Of a DNA stretch of 64,000 nt, positions 37,317-45,376 are shown piece by piece. The notes beneath the pieces were generated by a model, which did not search any database, was not told the DNA's origin, and saw only the letters and a program-made list of their open reading frames with translations. The translations under genes were made by a program, and so were the position numbers. Every line of letters begins with the position of its first letter. Within the stretch, counting starts at the first letter, position 1. Source of the DNA: a virus (Duplodnaviria > Caudoviricetes); IMG/VR virus record IMGVR_UViG_3300009540_000001, positions 108,375 to 172,374 of that record; one strand, written 5' to 3'.

Positions 37317-37483
37317 CCGCCAAACCTCTCCTGCCACCAGTACCCCCCGTAGCCGTCCCTCACGTCGTACGTGCTGTCTCCTCCGCGCTCGTAGTTCGAG
37401 TCGCCGACGTTGTCTCCTGCGTACCCGTCGCACGTGTCCCCGTAGCCGTCCCCGTCTTGAAGGAGGCCGGTGTCGTCGATCAT
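37313..37483 (-). CDS. GDG family peptide (cluster D), 56 aa, absent from ORF track
   Basis: MIDDTGLLQDGDGYGDTCDGYAGD...WWQERFGG; read manually. Confidence 0.7.
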   Translation of the reverse strand: MIDDTGLLQDGDGYGDTCDGYAGDNVGDSNYERGGDSTYDVRDGYGGYWWQERFGG

Positions 37484-37484
37484 G

Positions 37485-37679
37485 TCAGTCCGGATCCTCC
37501 TCGTACGTATCGCCCCAGTACGACCGCAGAAGGCTCGTGCCGTTGCCCGCGCCGACGTTGCCGTCCCCGTACCCGCCGCCGCCCAGGTCGTTGACGCGGT
37601 CAGCTACCACGCACTCGATGTTCCCGTCGCCGTCGACGCGGTCGGAGTAGTTGTAAGATCGAGGCTTCAGCGTTCCCAT
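37485..37679 (-). CDS. GDG/YEE family peptide; first gene of cluster D
   Basis: DGDGN..YGDG..GNG..TYEED; GGAGGAG SD. Confidence 0.75.
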   Translation of the reverse strand: MGTLKPRSYNYSDRVDGDGNIECVVADRVNDLGGGGYGDGNVGAGNGTSLLRSYWGDTYEEDPD

Positions 37680-37782
37680 GCAGGGCACTCCTCCGTACGC
37701 CGTAAAGAGAACACCCCCGAGGGCCACCACGGCCCTCGGAGGCGTTCTACGTTCTTGTACCTGTTTCAGTCCTGTCTTTCGG

Positions 37783-38670
37783 CTACTCGGCCCACTCCCG
37801 CACGAGCGACCCTTCCGGGTACGCCTTGAGGAAGTGCGGCACCGCCCCCGCGTGGTTCCCGATCTTCATGAGCTTGCGTCCCTCGACGTACGCGAACAAC
37901 GCCGACGTCGCTCGCTTCGCGATCTCGAGCCGACCCTCCGTGCTCTTCTCGCCCTGATGCGTGGCGACGTGATTGCGCAAGGCGAGCACCGGGTCGCCTG
38001 CGACGAGGCCTTCCCCGGTGCAGTACGCGTCGACGAAGGCCGCGACCTTCTCCGGCGAAGTCCGGTACGCGAACAAGGCCGGACCGGCGATGTACCCGAC
38101 CTTCATCATGGTCCGGTCGGCTTGCGCCTGGAACCACTCCAGGGCCGCAGGGTTCTCGGCCGCGAAGTGGAGCACCTGCTCCGCTTTCAGGCCAGGAGTG
38201 CGGTCGTTCATCACAACCGCCGCAAGCATGTTCACGGCAGCCGACGTGCGCGTCGGCTTCGCGAGACCCATGAGCCCCGCGTTCTGCGCAACGGTACGCG
38301 GGCGTCCGTCGTCGAAGAACATGAGCGCGTTCTCGGCGACGCCGAACGAGACGTTCATGATGATGGGCATGTCCAGCGCCGTGATGGCGAGCAGCCGGTG
38401 CTGCCCGTTGAGAAGGTGCCCGGAGACGGACGTGCAGATGGGCGTCCCGATGTCGGGCTGCCACTTGCTGTCGGCCATCAAGGCCCTGTACTTCTCGACG
38501 GTCTTCATCGAGATGGGCCGGTTCTTGGCATTGGTCTTCAAGAGCCCGTCCGCGATCTCCGGCGAGATCTCGAGGAGGCCCGACCACGAAGCCGTGATGG
38601 GGAGCGACTTGAAGTCGCCAGACGCCACCAGGAGTGTGCGGCCTTTGTGCAAGCGCGATTCGAGTTTCAT
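37783..38670 (-). CDS. ParB/Srx-like N-terminal domain protein
   Basis: ISPEIA..LL..N.KNRPIS...W....PI......LLNGQHRLLAI. Confidence 0.75.
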   Translation of the reverse strand: MKLESRLHKGRTLLVASGDFKSLPITASWSGLLEISPEIADGLLKTNAKNRPISMKTVEKYRALMADSKWQPDIGTPICTSVSGHLLNGQHRLLAITALDMPIIMNVSFGVAENALMFFDDGRPRTVAQNAGLMGLAKPTRTSAAVNMLAAVVMNDRTPGLKAEQVLHFAAENPAALEWFQAQADRTMMKVGYIAGPALFAYRTSPEKVAAFVDAYCTGEGLVAGDPVLALRNHVATHQGEKSTEGRLEIAKRATSALFAYVEGRKLMKIGNHAGAVPHFLKAYPEGSLVREWAE

Positions 38671-38693
38671 GTTCGTTGTCCTTTCCCAGTCAG

Positions 38694-38879
38694 TCAGTTG
38701 TCGTCTTCGTACTCTTGCGTGACGCCGTACAGCGCCACGTCGATCCACTCGTCGATCTCGTCGAGATCAGCGTCTCCGACATAGCCCGGGCCGAGGCCAT
38801 CCCCGTAGCCGTTGCCCGAGGAGTACAGCCCGTACCCGCCTCCGAATCCCCCGGTGTAGTTCCACGCCGTCCGCCTCAC
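38694..38879 (-). CDS. GDG/YEE family peptide (cluster E)
   Basis: VRRTAW..SGNGYGDG...EYED. Confidence 0.75.
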   Translation of the reverse strand: MRRTAWNYTGGFGGGYGLYSSGNGYGDGLGPGYVGDADLDEIDEWIDVALYGVTQEYEDDN

Positions 38880-38995
38880 GGCCCGCCGCACTCGGCGAGC
38901 GCGTTGCCCGCGACGCCCGCGACGAGGAACAGCGCGAGCAGCCAGAGGCCCCAGTAGGACGGGGCGTGCGGATCTCCCTCTATCTCAGGGCGCAT
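38876..38995 (-). CDS. Small membrane peptide (39 aa)
   Basis: ...YWGLWLLALFLVAGVAG...; coupled; read manually. Confidence 0.45.
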   Translation of the reverse strand: MRPEIEGDPHAPSYWGLWLLALFLVAGVAGNALAECGGP

Positions 38996-39070
38996 GCGTT
39001 GAACCGCCCCTCGTGCGTGAGCGTGCACTGAACAAACCCCGGCTCCGAGGAGCTGACCCGCCGGGATCGC

Positions 39071-39427
39071 TCACGCCACCCTCCTCGACCCGCCGTCCCC
39101 CAGCACGCCGCGCTCGGCGTCGTCCACGGCCGGGAGCTTGAGCCGCTCCGGCACGCGCCGACGGACGAAGGTGTCGGCCACCGAGAGCTTCACGGTGACC
39201 TCCTTCGAGAAGAACGCGCGCGCCATGCGCGTCGCGAGCAGCTCGTCGTCGCCCTCCTCGAGCAGGGCGCGCAGCTCGACCCGTAACGGGGGCGGGATCG
39301 ACGGCCAGCACGCGACGACCTCGTTGCGGAGGTAGACGAGGGCGATCTCCCTGCTCAGGCAGGGAACGACGTACGAGTGGCTGTACGCCGACTTCGAGAA
39401 GTAGTGCGCGCCATTGGGATCTCTCAT
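39071..39427 (-). CDS. Hypothetical protein
   Basis: 118 aa behind a hairpin leader. Confidence 0.55.
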   Translation of the reverse strand: MRDPNGAHYFSKSAYSHSYVVPCLSREIALVYLRNEVVACWPSIPPPLRVELRALLEEGDDELLATRMARAFFSKEVTVKLSVADTFVRRRVPERLKLPAVDDAERGVLGDGGSRRVA

Positions 39428-39456
39428 GACTGTACCTTTGTCCTTTCAAGAAACGA

Positions 39457-39489
39457 CACGAGCCGCAGAGAGACTCTCTGCGGCTCGTG
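39457..39489 (-). terminator. 15-bp hairpin; terminator or 5' leader structure
   Basis: CACGAGCCGCAGAGA / TCTCTGCGGCTCGTG, then TCGTTTCTT on minus strand. Confidence 0.6.
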
Positions 39490-39515
39490 ATCTTATACCT
39501 TGTTTCTAGGGCTGT

Positions 39516-39710
39516 TTACTCACCGTAGTCCGTGCGATCCCTCTCCCTCCTTTGCCGCGCGCCCCACCGCCATGCGTACATCCACATGTCTCCTCTGACG
39601 CCTTGCAGGCCGTCCGGACAGAAGTAGCCGTTGCCGTCCCGCCCACCGTTGTAGAACCCTGCGCTGTCACCGTTGCCGTCGTCGCCGACGCCCTCGCCGA
39701 CGTGCCTCAT
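39516..39710 (-). CDS. GDG family peptide (cluster E)
   Basis: GDDGNGD..DGNG...DYGE. Confidence 0.7.
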   Translation of the reverse strand: MRHVGEGVGDDGNGDSAGFYNGGRDGNGYFCPDGLQGVRGDMWMYAWRWGARQRRERDRTDYGE

Positions 39711-39892
39711 GTCCCGCTGTCCTCGTACGCCAGCTGCTGCGAAGGCACCAGCCACAACAGCTCCCCGGGACGCTGCCGATTCTGGTCCCCATTCGGGGCG
39801 CAGGCGACGTAGCCGTCGCCCTGCCAGTTCGCCCAGAAGCCGGTGCCCCGGCCGTCGCCGTTGCTGTCGGCTCCTTCGCCCTGTGTGTTCAT
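39707..39892 (-). CDS. GDG/YEE family peptide (cluster E)
   Basis: NGDGRG..QGDGY...AYED. Confidence 0.75.
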   Translation of the reverse strand: MNTQGEGADSNGDGRGTGFWANWQGDGYVACAPNGDQNRQRPGELLWLVPSQQLAYEDSGT

Positions 39893-40083
39893 GCCCCGCT
39901 CCACTCGTAGGACCACCGCAGGATCGGCAGCGGGTAGTTCCCTAGAACGGCCGCGTTCAGCGCATGGCCGGAGTCGGAACGAAACCCACCGTCGCCGTCT
40001 TCATCCCCAAGACGAAGGGCCCCGAGAATGCACGAGCCGTCGCCGTCGCCTTCGGGATCTACGCAGTCTGCACGTTGCTTCAC
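39889..40083 (-). CDS. GDG/YEE family peptide (cluster E)
   Basis: EGDGDG..DGDGG...RWSYE. Confidence 0.75.
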   Translation of the reverse strand: MKQRADCVDPEGDGDGSCILGALRLGDEDGDGGFRSDSGHALNAAVLGNYPLPILRWSYEWSGA

Positions 40084-40262
40084 ACATCACTCGCCGCTTC
40101 GATCTTCTCGTGGATCAGCGCCTTCTGCGTCACCGACAAGATCTTCAGCTTCTCCGTGAAGCTCTTCTCGAGCTTCTTCTTCTCCTTCGCATCGTTCTCT
40201 TTCGCGAACGCCTCCCACACTCCGAACACGTGATCGACCATCAAGGCGTCGTTGTCAGGCAT
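40080..40262 (-). CDS. Small hypothetical protein
   Basis: 60 aa; GGAGG SD. Confidence 0.55.
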   Translation of the reverse strand: MPDNDALMVDHVFGVWEAFAKENDAKEKKKLEKSFTEKLKILSVTQKALIHEKIEAASDV

Positions 40263-40279
40263 GGCTCATCCCTCCGTTG

Positions 40280-40954
40280 TTACAGACTCTCGAGTCTCTC
40301 CGCCGTGTTGTACCGAGTCTGGTACCGATCCTCGACGCGGTCGCCCCCGTCGCCCCATCCGCCGCCCGTGTCCGCGCACGTCGGCGGCGTGCCGTACCCA
40401 TCGCCCGCAGGTGCGCTGGTCCAGCGCACGACCTTGAGGCGTTCCTTCGTGCTGTCCACGAGCTCTTTCCACGCTTCCTCCATCGCGGCGTTGTGCTCGG
40501 CGTACGCCACCTCGATCGCGACGCAGAGCGCCTCGAACGTCTCCCCCGACACAAGCTTCTCGGACGTGTACCCGGGTTCGCCATTGTCGGTGAGCGAGAG
40601 AACCGACTCGATCTCCTCCACGGCGTCGTCTTCGCTGTCGTCGTCGACGCGTACGTTGAGCGAGCTGAGCAGATCGCGCGGCTCGTCCCATGCGTCTGTG
40701 AAGCTCGCGTCGGCTTGGTACTCCCCGGTGTCGATGCGCTCGAGTCTGAAGTACCCGTACGAGCACTCCTTGCGCGGCGCGGACGAGATCGTGACGCGCA
40801 CGCCTTGCTCGACCTGGGCCTTGATGGCGTCGTACATGCCAGGTTCTCGATCCTCCCAGCCCTCGCGCTCCGATTCCCAGACGGCGTACTTGAGGTCGAG
40901 TTCGTAGTGTGTGCGCTCCTCGGCGTCGGCGTCCACGCCCCTCATGCCGCTCAC
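40280..40954 (-). CDS. Acidic protein with a C-terminally fused GDG module
   Basis: Ends VRWTSAPAGDGYG...GGGWGDGG...RYQTRY. Confidence 0.65.
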   Translation of the reverse strand: MSGMRGVDADAEERTHYELDLKYAVWESEREGWEDREPGMYDAIKAQVEQGVRVTISSAPRKECSYGYFRLERIDTGEYQADASFTDAWDEPRDLLSSLNVRVDDDSEDDAVEEIESVLSLTDNGEPGYTSEKLVSGETFEALCVAIEVAYAEHNAAMEEAWKELVDSTKERLKVVRWTSAPAGDGYGTPPTCADTGGGWGDGGDRVEDRYQTRYNTAERLESL

Positions 40955-41571
40955 GTCCTCGCCTGGTATCGCACCAGCTCCACACTCGCAGCCGAGAACG
41001 CCCCCGACACCCTCGGGTCGTTGAAGTAGTCGGCGTCGTAGACGACGCGCTTGACCCGCGCGGCGAGGAGCACCTTCGCGCAGTTCCAGCAGGGGTAGGT
41101 GTTCGTGTAGCAGACGGAGTCTTTCGAGCTCACGCCGTAAAGCCCCGCCTGAAGCACCGAGTTCTGCTCGGCGTGAATGGTGCGCAGGCACGTCTCCCGC
41201 CCGTCGAGTACGCCGATGTCGTGCCCGACGTCGTCGCAGTGCGGCGCCCCCGGCGCCGAACCGTTGTAGCCGGTGGCGATGATGCGGGAGTCGTGCACGA
41301 GGATGGCTCCGACGTGCTTGCGGTCGCACGTAGAGCGACTTGAAGTCTCTCGGACGATCGCCATGAAGTAGTCGACCCAGGCCTTGCGGGTGGGAGGGGC
41401 GAGGTGCGTGGCGCTATGCCGAAACTCCGCCATCGACATGCCCTGGATACCCGGGGCGTCATCGTACTTGAGCAAGACGATGACGGCGGCGTTGTAGGTC
41501 GCGTAGTCGACGGCCACAGCCCGTCGACCGTCGTTGAATGCGTACGTGTGATTGAGCAGCGGTTCGGTCAC
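40951..41571 (-). CDS. dCMP deaminase (ComEB family) with N-terminal extension
   Basis: RSTC...VGA...TGYNG...HAEQN...PCWNC. Confidence 0.9.
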   Translation of the reverse strand: MTEPLLNHTYAFNDGRRAVAVDYATYNAAVIVLLKYDDAPGIQGMSMAEFRHSATHLAPPTRKAWVDYFMAIVRETSSRSTCDRKHVGAILVHDSRIIATGYNGSAPGAPHCDDVGHDIGVLDGRETCLRTIHAEQNSVLQAGLYGVSSKDSVCYTNTYPCWNCAKVLLAARVKRVVYDADYFNDPRVSGAFSAASVELVRYQART

Positions 41572-41804
41572 TGGGGGTCTCCAAGGAAGCGGATGTGTTC
41601 AACCGAGAGCCCCGCAGTTTTCGGCAGATCGTAGGTCTCGATCTTCTCGAGGACTTTGTACAACCCGTTCTTGTCCGGGGCTGCGTGAACCTGGGGGTCG
41701 TAGCCCTTGGGGGCGGTCGACGTCCACACGTAGCGGCAGCGCGTGCCGAGGCCGTCGTCGACGGTCAGGGTCATGCCGTCGTAGGGCTTGATATTCATCT
41801 CCAC
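41568..41804 (-). CDS. Small hypothetical protein
   Basis: Coupled ORF. Confidence 0.5.
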   Translation of the reverse strand: MEMNIKPYDGMTLTVDDGLGTRCRYVWTSTAPKGYDPQVHAAPDKNGLYKVLEKIETYDLPKTAGLSVEHIRFLGDPQ

Positions 41805-42325
41805 TCTCCCACCTTCTTGTTCAGCTGCTCAAGCGCCGCCGCCAACTCCACGACAACGCCCTTCTTGTTCAACCAGCCCTTGCGACGAAAGCGCTGCACG
41901 ACGTTCTCGGAGTCCCACTTCTCGTCCCCGTACCGAGCGGCGTAGCGCTCCGCGATCTCCGACCCGAAGACGTTGTGCACGAGGTGGTTCGTCATGCGCG
42001 TCGCGTGTACTTCTGTGCGCCGCGCGCCCTTGCCATACAGCTTGGGCGTCGGGGAGTCTTCGAACCGCCGGGCGAACCGGAGGCCATGATCTACGAAGCC
42101 GAAGTCCGGCAACCGCCGCTGCGCCTGCGTCGCGACGAGGTAGTGCCCCAGGTCGTGAAGCCCCGCGAGCGGCGCTTCGTAGTTCTGCTTCAGGCACACG
42201 TAGCCCGGGACGTAGAGCCACTGGAAGGCTCCGAGGGAGTCCATCCCCCAGTCGGCGCAGATGCCGAAGGCGTCGTAGAGGCCCGTGATCGTGCGACGGA
42301 TCGACCGGTCACTCGGCATTTTCAT
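41795..42325 (-). CDS. Hypothetical protein with HDxxH (metallopeptidase-like) motif
   Basis: LHDLGHY...EVHA. Confidence 0.5.
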   Translation of the reverse strand: MKMPSDRSIRRTITGLYDAFGICADWGMDSLGAFQWLYVPGYVCLKQNYEAPLAGLHDLGHYLVATQAQRRLPDFGFVDHGLRFARRFEDSPTPKLYGKGARRTEVHATRMTNHLVHNVFGSEIAERYAARYGDEKWDSENVVQRFRRKGWLNKKGVVVELAAALEQLNKKVGEWR

Positions 42326-42845
42326 ACGCCGAGGTATCCGCCCCATCCCGCAGCTGCCACACCGTCACCGTACGCTCGTGAATGCCTCGGCTGCTGTCCG
42401 AGTACTTGAAGGTGTGCCCCGACTTCTCGAGCACCTTCGCGTGCGCGAGCTGGGCGAACACCGCGCCGAGCCAGTGCTCTGACCCCGTGCTCGTGTCGAG
42501 CAGGCCCTTGTCCTCCATCTCCTTGCGCACCGATCGGGAGTGGGTGGTGAGATTCTTCTTCGCCTGCGCGACGGCAATCGCGGCGGCCTGCTTCACCCGC
42601 TCCGGGTGCGCCGCCTCGAGGTGCTTCATCGCGCCCTTGGTCCCCTCGCGAGGGTCGCTGTCCGAGGGGTAGGACGGCTGCTTCGCCATCTTCACGAACC
42701 CCGTGGGGATCAGATTGGCGTTCGCGACGAACGCCTCGTACTCGAGCCCCTCCGCCGTCGCCCGGTGGTACATGGCGACCTTGAATCTCTTGATGTCAGA
42801 CTTCGACCACTGCCGCCATGCGGCTGCGTGACTTGCGAAAGGCAT
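42309..42845 (-). CDS. Hypothetical protein, possible winged-helix C-terminus
   Basis: AGGAGG SD; WLGAVF...H..TVTVW. Confidence 0.6.
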   Translation of the reverse strand: MPFASHAAAWRQWSKSDIKRFKVAMYHRATAEGLEYEAFVANANLIPTGFVKMAKQPSYPSDSDPREGTKGAMKHLEAAHPERVKQAAAIAVAQAKKNLTTHSRSVRKEMEDKGLLDTSTGSEHWLGAVFAQLAHAKVLEKSGHTFKYSDSSRGIHERTVTVWQLRDGADTSAYENAE

Positions 42846-42895
42846 GGGATCCTCCTGTTTGTTACGCCCTCGACGCCGTACGGCGTAAAGGAATT

Positions 42896-42926
42896 GGGGG
42901 ATGCTCAGCCTACCTGAGCATCCCCC
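42896..42926 (-). terminator. Intrinsic terminator after cluster F
   Basis: 13-bp stem GGGGGATGCTCAG/CTGAGCATCCCCC, then AATTCCTTT. Confidence 0.65.
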
Positions 42927-42964
42927 TTGTGTCGTGTTCGAACTTCTACTACGGACGTAGTCTG

Positions 42965-43165
42965 TCAGCCCCGAGGGTCCTCCTCGTATTGCAGGCGCAG
43001 CAACGCCAGGACGTACGGGGAGTAGGTCAACTCCCCGCCGCCTGAGCCGTCTCCGTTCGTGAAGGGTGGCTTGAGGTAGCCAGGGTCGTCTCGGTGCAAG
43101 CGCTCCTTGAGTGGGTACCCCTCGCCCTCGCCTCGAGCCCAGACGCCGGACGCGCGGGTTCTCAC
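42965..43165 (-). CDS. GDG/YEE family peptide (cluster F)
   Basis: GEGEGY..NGDGSG...QYEED. Confidence 0.75.
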   Translation of the reverse strand: MRTRASGVWARGEGEGYPLKERLHRDDPGYLKPPFTNGDGSGGGELTYSPYVLALLRLQYEEDPRG

Positions 43166-43470
43166 GGCTCCGCGCGCGCCTCCTTCGGAATCCGCCTCGC
43201 GATCGAGGCCAGCAGCGCCGTGAACTGCGTGTGGATCTGCGCGAGCACGCCGAGCGCGTGCACGAGCTCGTGGCCGCCCTCTTCGCCACGGACGATCGGC
43301 CCCGTGGCCTCGTGGAACATGCGGGAGACCTCGGTCTCGGGCATGCCTTGCAAGTGCCGCAAGACGCTCGTAGGCGCGACATCTCGCAGCCGGCAGTCGT
43401 ACGCGCCCACGACGCGCAGGTACGCGAGGCGCTCGGACTTAGTCCTCGGCGCGTAGCTCATGATTCGCAT
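43162..43470 (-). CDS. Hypothetical protein
   Basis: Coupled within cluster F. Confidence 0.5.
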   Translation of the reverse strand: MRIMSYAPRTKSERLAYLRVVGAYDCRLRDVAPTSVLRHLQGMPETEVSRMFHEATGPIVRGEEGGHELVHALGVLAQIHTQFTALLASIARRIPKEARAEP

Positions 43471-43471
43471 G

Positions 43472-43654
43472 TCAGTTCTCCTCATCTTCGTAGAACATGA
43501 AGTCTTCGTACTCGCTTTGAGGTGCCCACCACTTATCCCCCAGGGGGAGGTAGGGCGTCGTGTATCCATCCCCCGTTCCGTTGCCGTCCCTGTAGGCCCG
43601 TAGGGGGCTCTGGCCGTCGCCCAGCCTCCGACTCTCCGGGACTTTCCGTCTCAT
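43472..43654 (-). CDS. GDG/YEE family peptide (cluster F)
   Basis: LGDG..DGNGTGDGY...YEDEE. Confidence 0.75.
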   Translation of the reverse strand: MRRKVPESRRLGDGQSPLRAYRDGNGTGDGYTTPYLPLGDKWWAPQSEYEDFMFYEDEEN

Positions 43655-43851
43655 CTCTCCCCCGCCCCACTCTCTTCGTAGCGTTCTTGCTGCACCCCCT
43701 CGAGCGTGTACGACCCATCCCCATCCCTGCGAAACGGCGTACACGCTCCGTTCCCGTCGGCGAAGCCCATGAATGGGGAGCCACAACCGCAGCCGTCTCC
43801 GGTGTAGCTGCGGTCGCGGTAGGTGATGTACTCCCAGGCGACGGGGGTCAC
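43651..43851 (-). CDS. GDG/YEE family peptide (cluster F)
   Basis: TGDGCG..ADGNG..DGDG..RYEES. Confidence 0.75.
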   Translation of the reverse strand: MTPVAWEYITYRDRSYTGDGCGCGSPFMGFADGNGACTPFRRDGDGSYTLEGVQQERYEESGAGER

Positions 43852-44039
43852 TCGGGCAGCTCCTCGTAGAGCACGTTCGTCATGTTCCCGCCGTCTCCTT
43901 CCCCGTCCCCGGCCTTGGCGTCCCCGTACCCGGCGCCGCCTCCGTTCATCGCCCCACCATCGCCGAAGCCCGTGCCGACGGTGTTCCACATGCCCCCCGC
44001 TCCCTCCCCGCTCCGGGCCTCCCACGCCGTGCGCCTCAC
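43848..44039 (-). CDS. GDG/YEE family peptide (cluster F)
   Basis: VRRTAW..FGDGG..AGDGEGDGG..LYEEL. Confidence 0.75.
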   Translation of the reverse strand: MRRTAWEARSGEGAGGMWNTVGTGFGDGGAMNGGGAGYGDAKAGDGEGDGGNMTNVLYEELPE

Positions 44040-44653
44040 GGCCCGGGAATGGCGCCGTCCACCGCCAGCGCCATCTCGTCGACGTCGGCGCAGATGACCC
44101 GAACCTCCGTCGGGCGCCCCCACATCACCGCCTCCTCCCCCTCGCGCTCCGCGTCGTCGTTCACGACCTTCTTGACCGCCGCGTCGATCGCTTTGTTGGA
44201 CGGCACCCCCCCGTAGGCGCGCAGGTACACCGTGCGCTCGAACGTCACCGGGCGTTGCACGCGCACCTTTACGGCGTAGACAACGCCGGGCGACTTCACG
44301 AGGCCCGCGAGGGCCTTCACCTCTTCGAGCGTTTCGAGCGGCACGTCGTCGTAGTCGCCGTCCGCGTGGCACGGGTAGACCCGCAACCAGTACGTAGGCT
44401 CTTCGCCGTCATCCCCGTGCCAGCAGACCAGCTTGGCCTCCTCGATGGGGATCTCTTCTGCCTCCTCCCCGGGCTCGTCTGGCGCCGTGTACGGCGCCGT
44501 TCGCCCCGCTTCGATCGGGTAGAACCCGAACTCGGCGGGGATCTCCTGACCGTCGCGCAGCTTCGCCAGACGCCTCAGAAGCGTCGGGGTGAGGGGGAAG
44601 GCGACGGAGACCTCGTGCATGAGGAAGGGAACGATGATCCAGGGGGACTTCAC
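44036..44653 (-). CDS. Hypothetical protein
   Basis: GTGA-coupled start (VKSPWII...). Confidence 0.6.
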   Translation of the reverse strand: MKSPWIIVPFLMHEVSVAFPLTPTLLRRLAKLRDGQEIPAEFGFYPIEAGRTAPYTAPDEPGEEAEEIPIEEAKLVCWHGDDGEEPTYWLRVYPCHADGDYDDVPLETLEEVKALAGLVKSPGVVYAVKVRVQRPVTFERTVYLRAYGGVPSNKAIDAAVKKVVNDDAEREGEEAVMWGRPTEVRVICADVDEMALAVDGAIPGP

Positions 44654-45288
44654 GTCGTCACCTCCCAAAGCAGCGTCACCGACGCCTGGTAGTTCCCCGT
44701 TCCATCCGCCGTTCGCGAGACAGCACCGCTCATCCGGAGCATCCGCTCCGGCGTCTCGTACGTCGCGACCCACGCTCGAACCTCGTCCCAGACGCAGCTG
44801 CGGCAGGGGCCTTCGAACGACTTCGCGGCGGAACCGCCTCTGGCCCGCAAGGCCTCGAGTCTCGCGGCCTCCCGCGTCATTTCTTCGAGCTTCGCGACCT
44901 CCTTCTCCGCTTCCTCGTGCTTCTCGAGCGCGGAGAAGAGGTCGTCCAAGCCCATGACAGACACCGAGAACTCCTCGCGCGTGATGTGCGGTTTGTAGGT
45001 CATGCAGAGGTCGCCCTCCCCGAGCAACTGCCACCCCACGTCGTAGATCTTTGCTTCTGCGTGCGCCGGGAGCAGCGCGTGACCGTAGGGCCAGATGATC
45101 GCCCCCTCCTGCAAAGAAGGCAGCATCTCGTGCGTCTCGTAGATGAGCCCCGTGTCTACGCGAATCTGGAGCGCGTCGGGGTCCTCCCTTATGACGTTGT
45201 CCAGGCGTTGCAGCTGCTTCAGCTTCGCTCGGTCCATTTTCAGTCTGATCCCGAACAACTGACGATACCCAGGCAGTTCGATGTACAT
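44650..45288 (-). CDS. Hypothetical protein
   Basis: GGAGG SD before MYIELPG. Confidence 0.6.
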   Translation of the reverse strand: MYIELPGYRQLFGIRLKMDRAKLKQLQRLDNVIREDPDALQIRVDTGLIYETHEMLPSLQEGAIIWPYGHALLPAHAEAKIYDVGWQLLGEGDLCMTYKPHITREEFSVSVMGLDDLFSALEKHEEAEKEVAKLEEMTREAARLEALRARGGSAAKSFEGPCRSCVWDEVRAWVATYETPERMLRMSGAVSRTADGTGNYQASVTLLWEVTT

Positions 45289-45376
45289 GGATGTTTCCTC
45301 CACGCCCTTGTACCGCGCGCGCCCCACACATTTCGAATTCTTGCGGAACCTTCCCAACGTCGCTTACACTCCCGCC

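Noticed and set aside
33063-37679. CRISPR array, integron cassette array or DGR as explanation of the about 200-bp periodicity
   Set aside because: No conserved nucleotide repeat, no attC-like spacers (genes overlap), no TR/VR pair, and no cas, integrase or reverse transcriptase recognised in the window.
14618-44039. Calling the peptides RiPP precursors
   Set aside because: No conserved leader and no radical SAM, ATP-grasp, YcaO, lasso cyclase or methyltransferase recognised here; kept only as a hypothesis.
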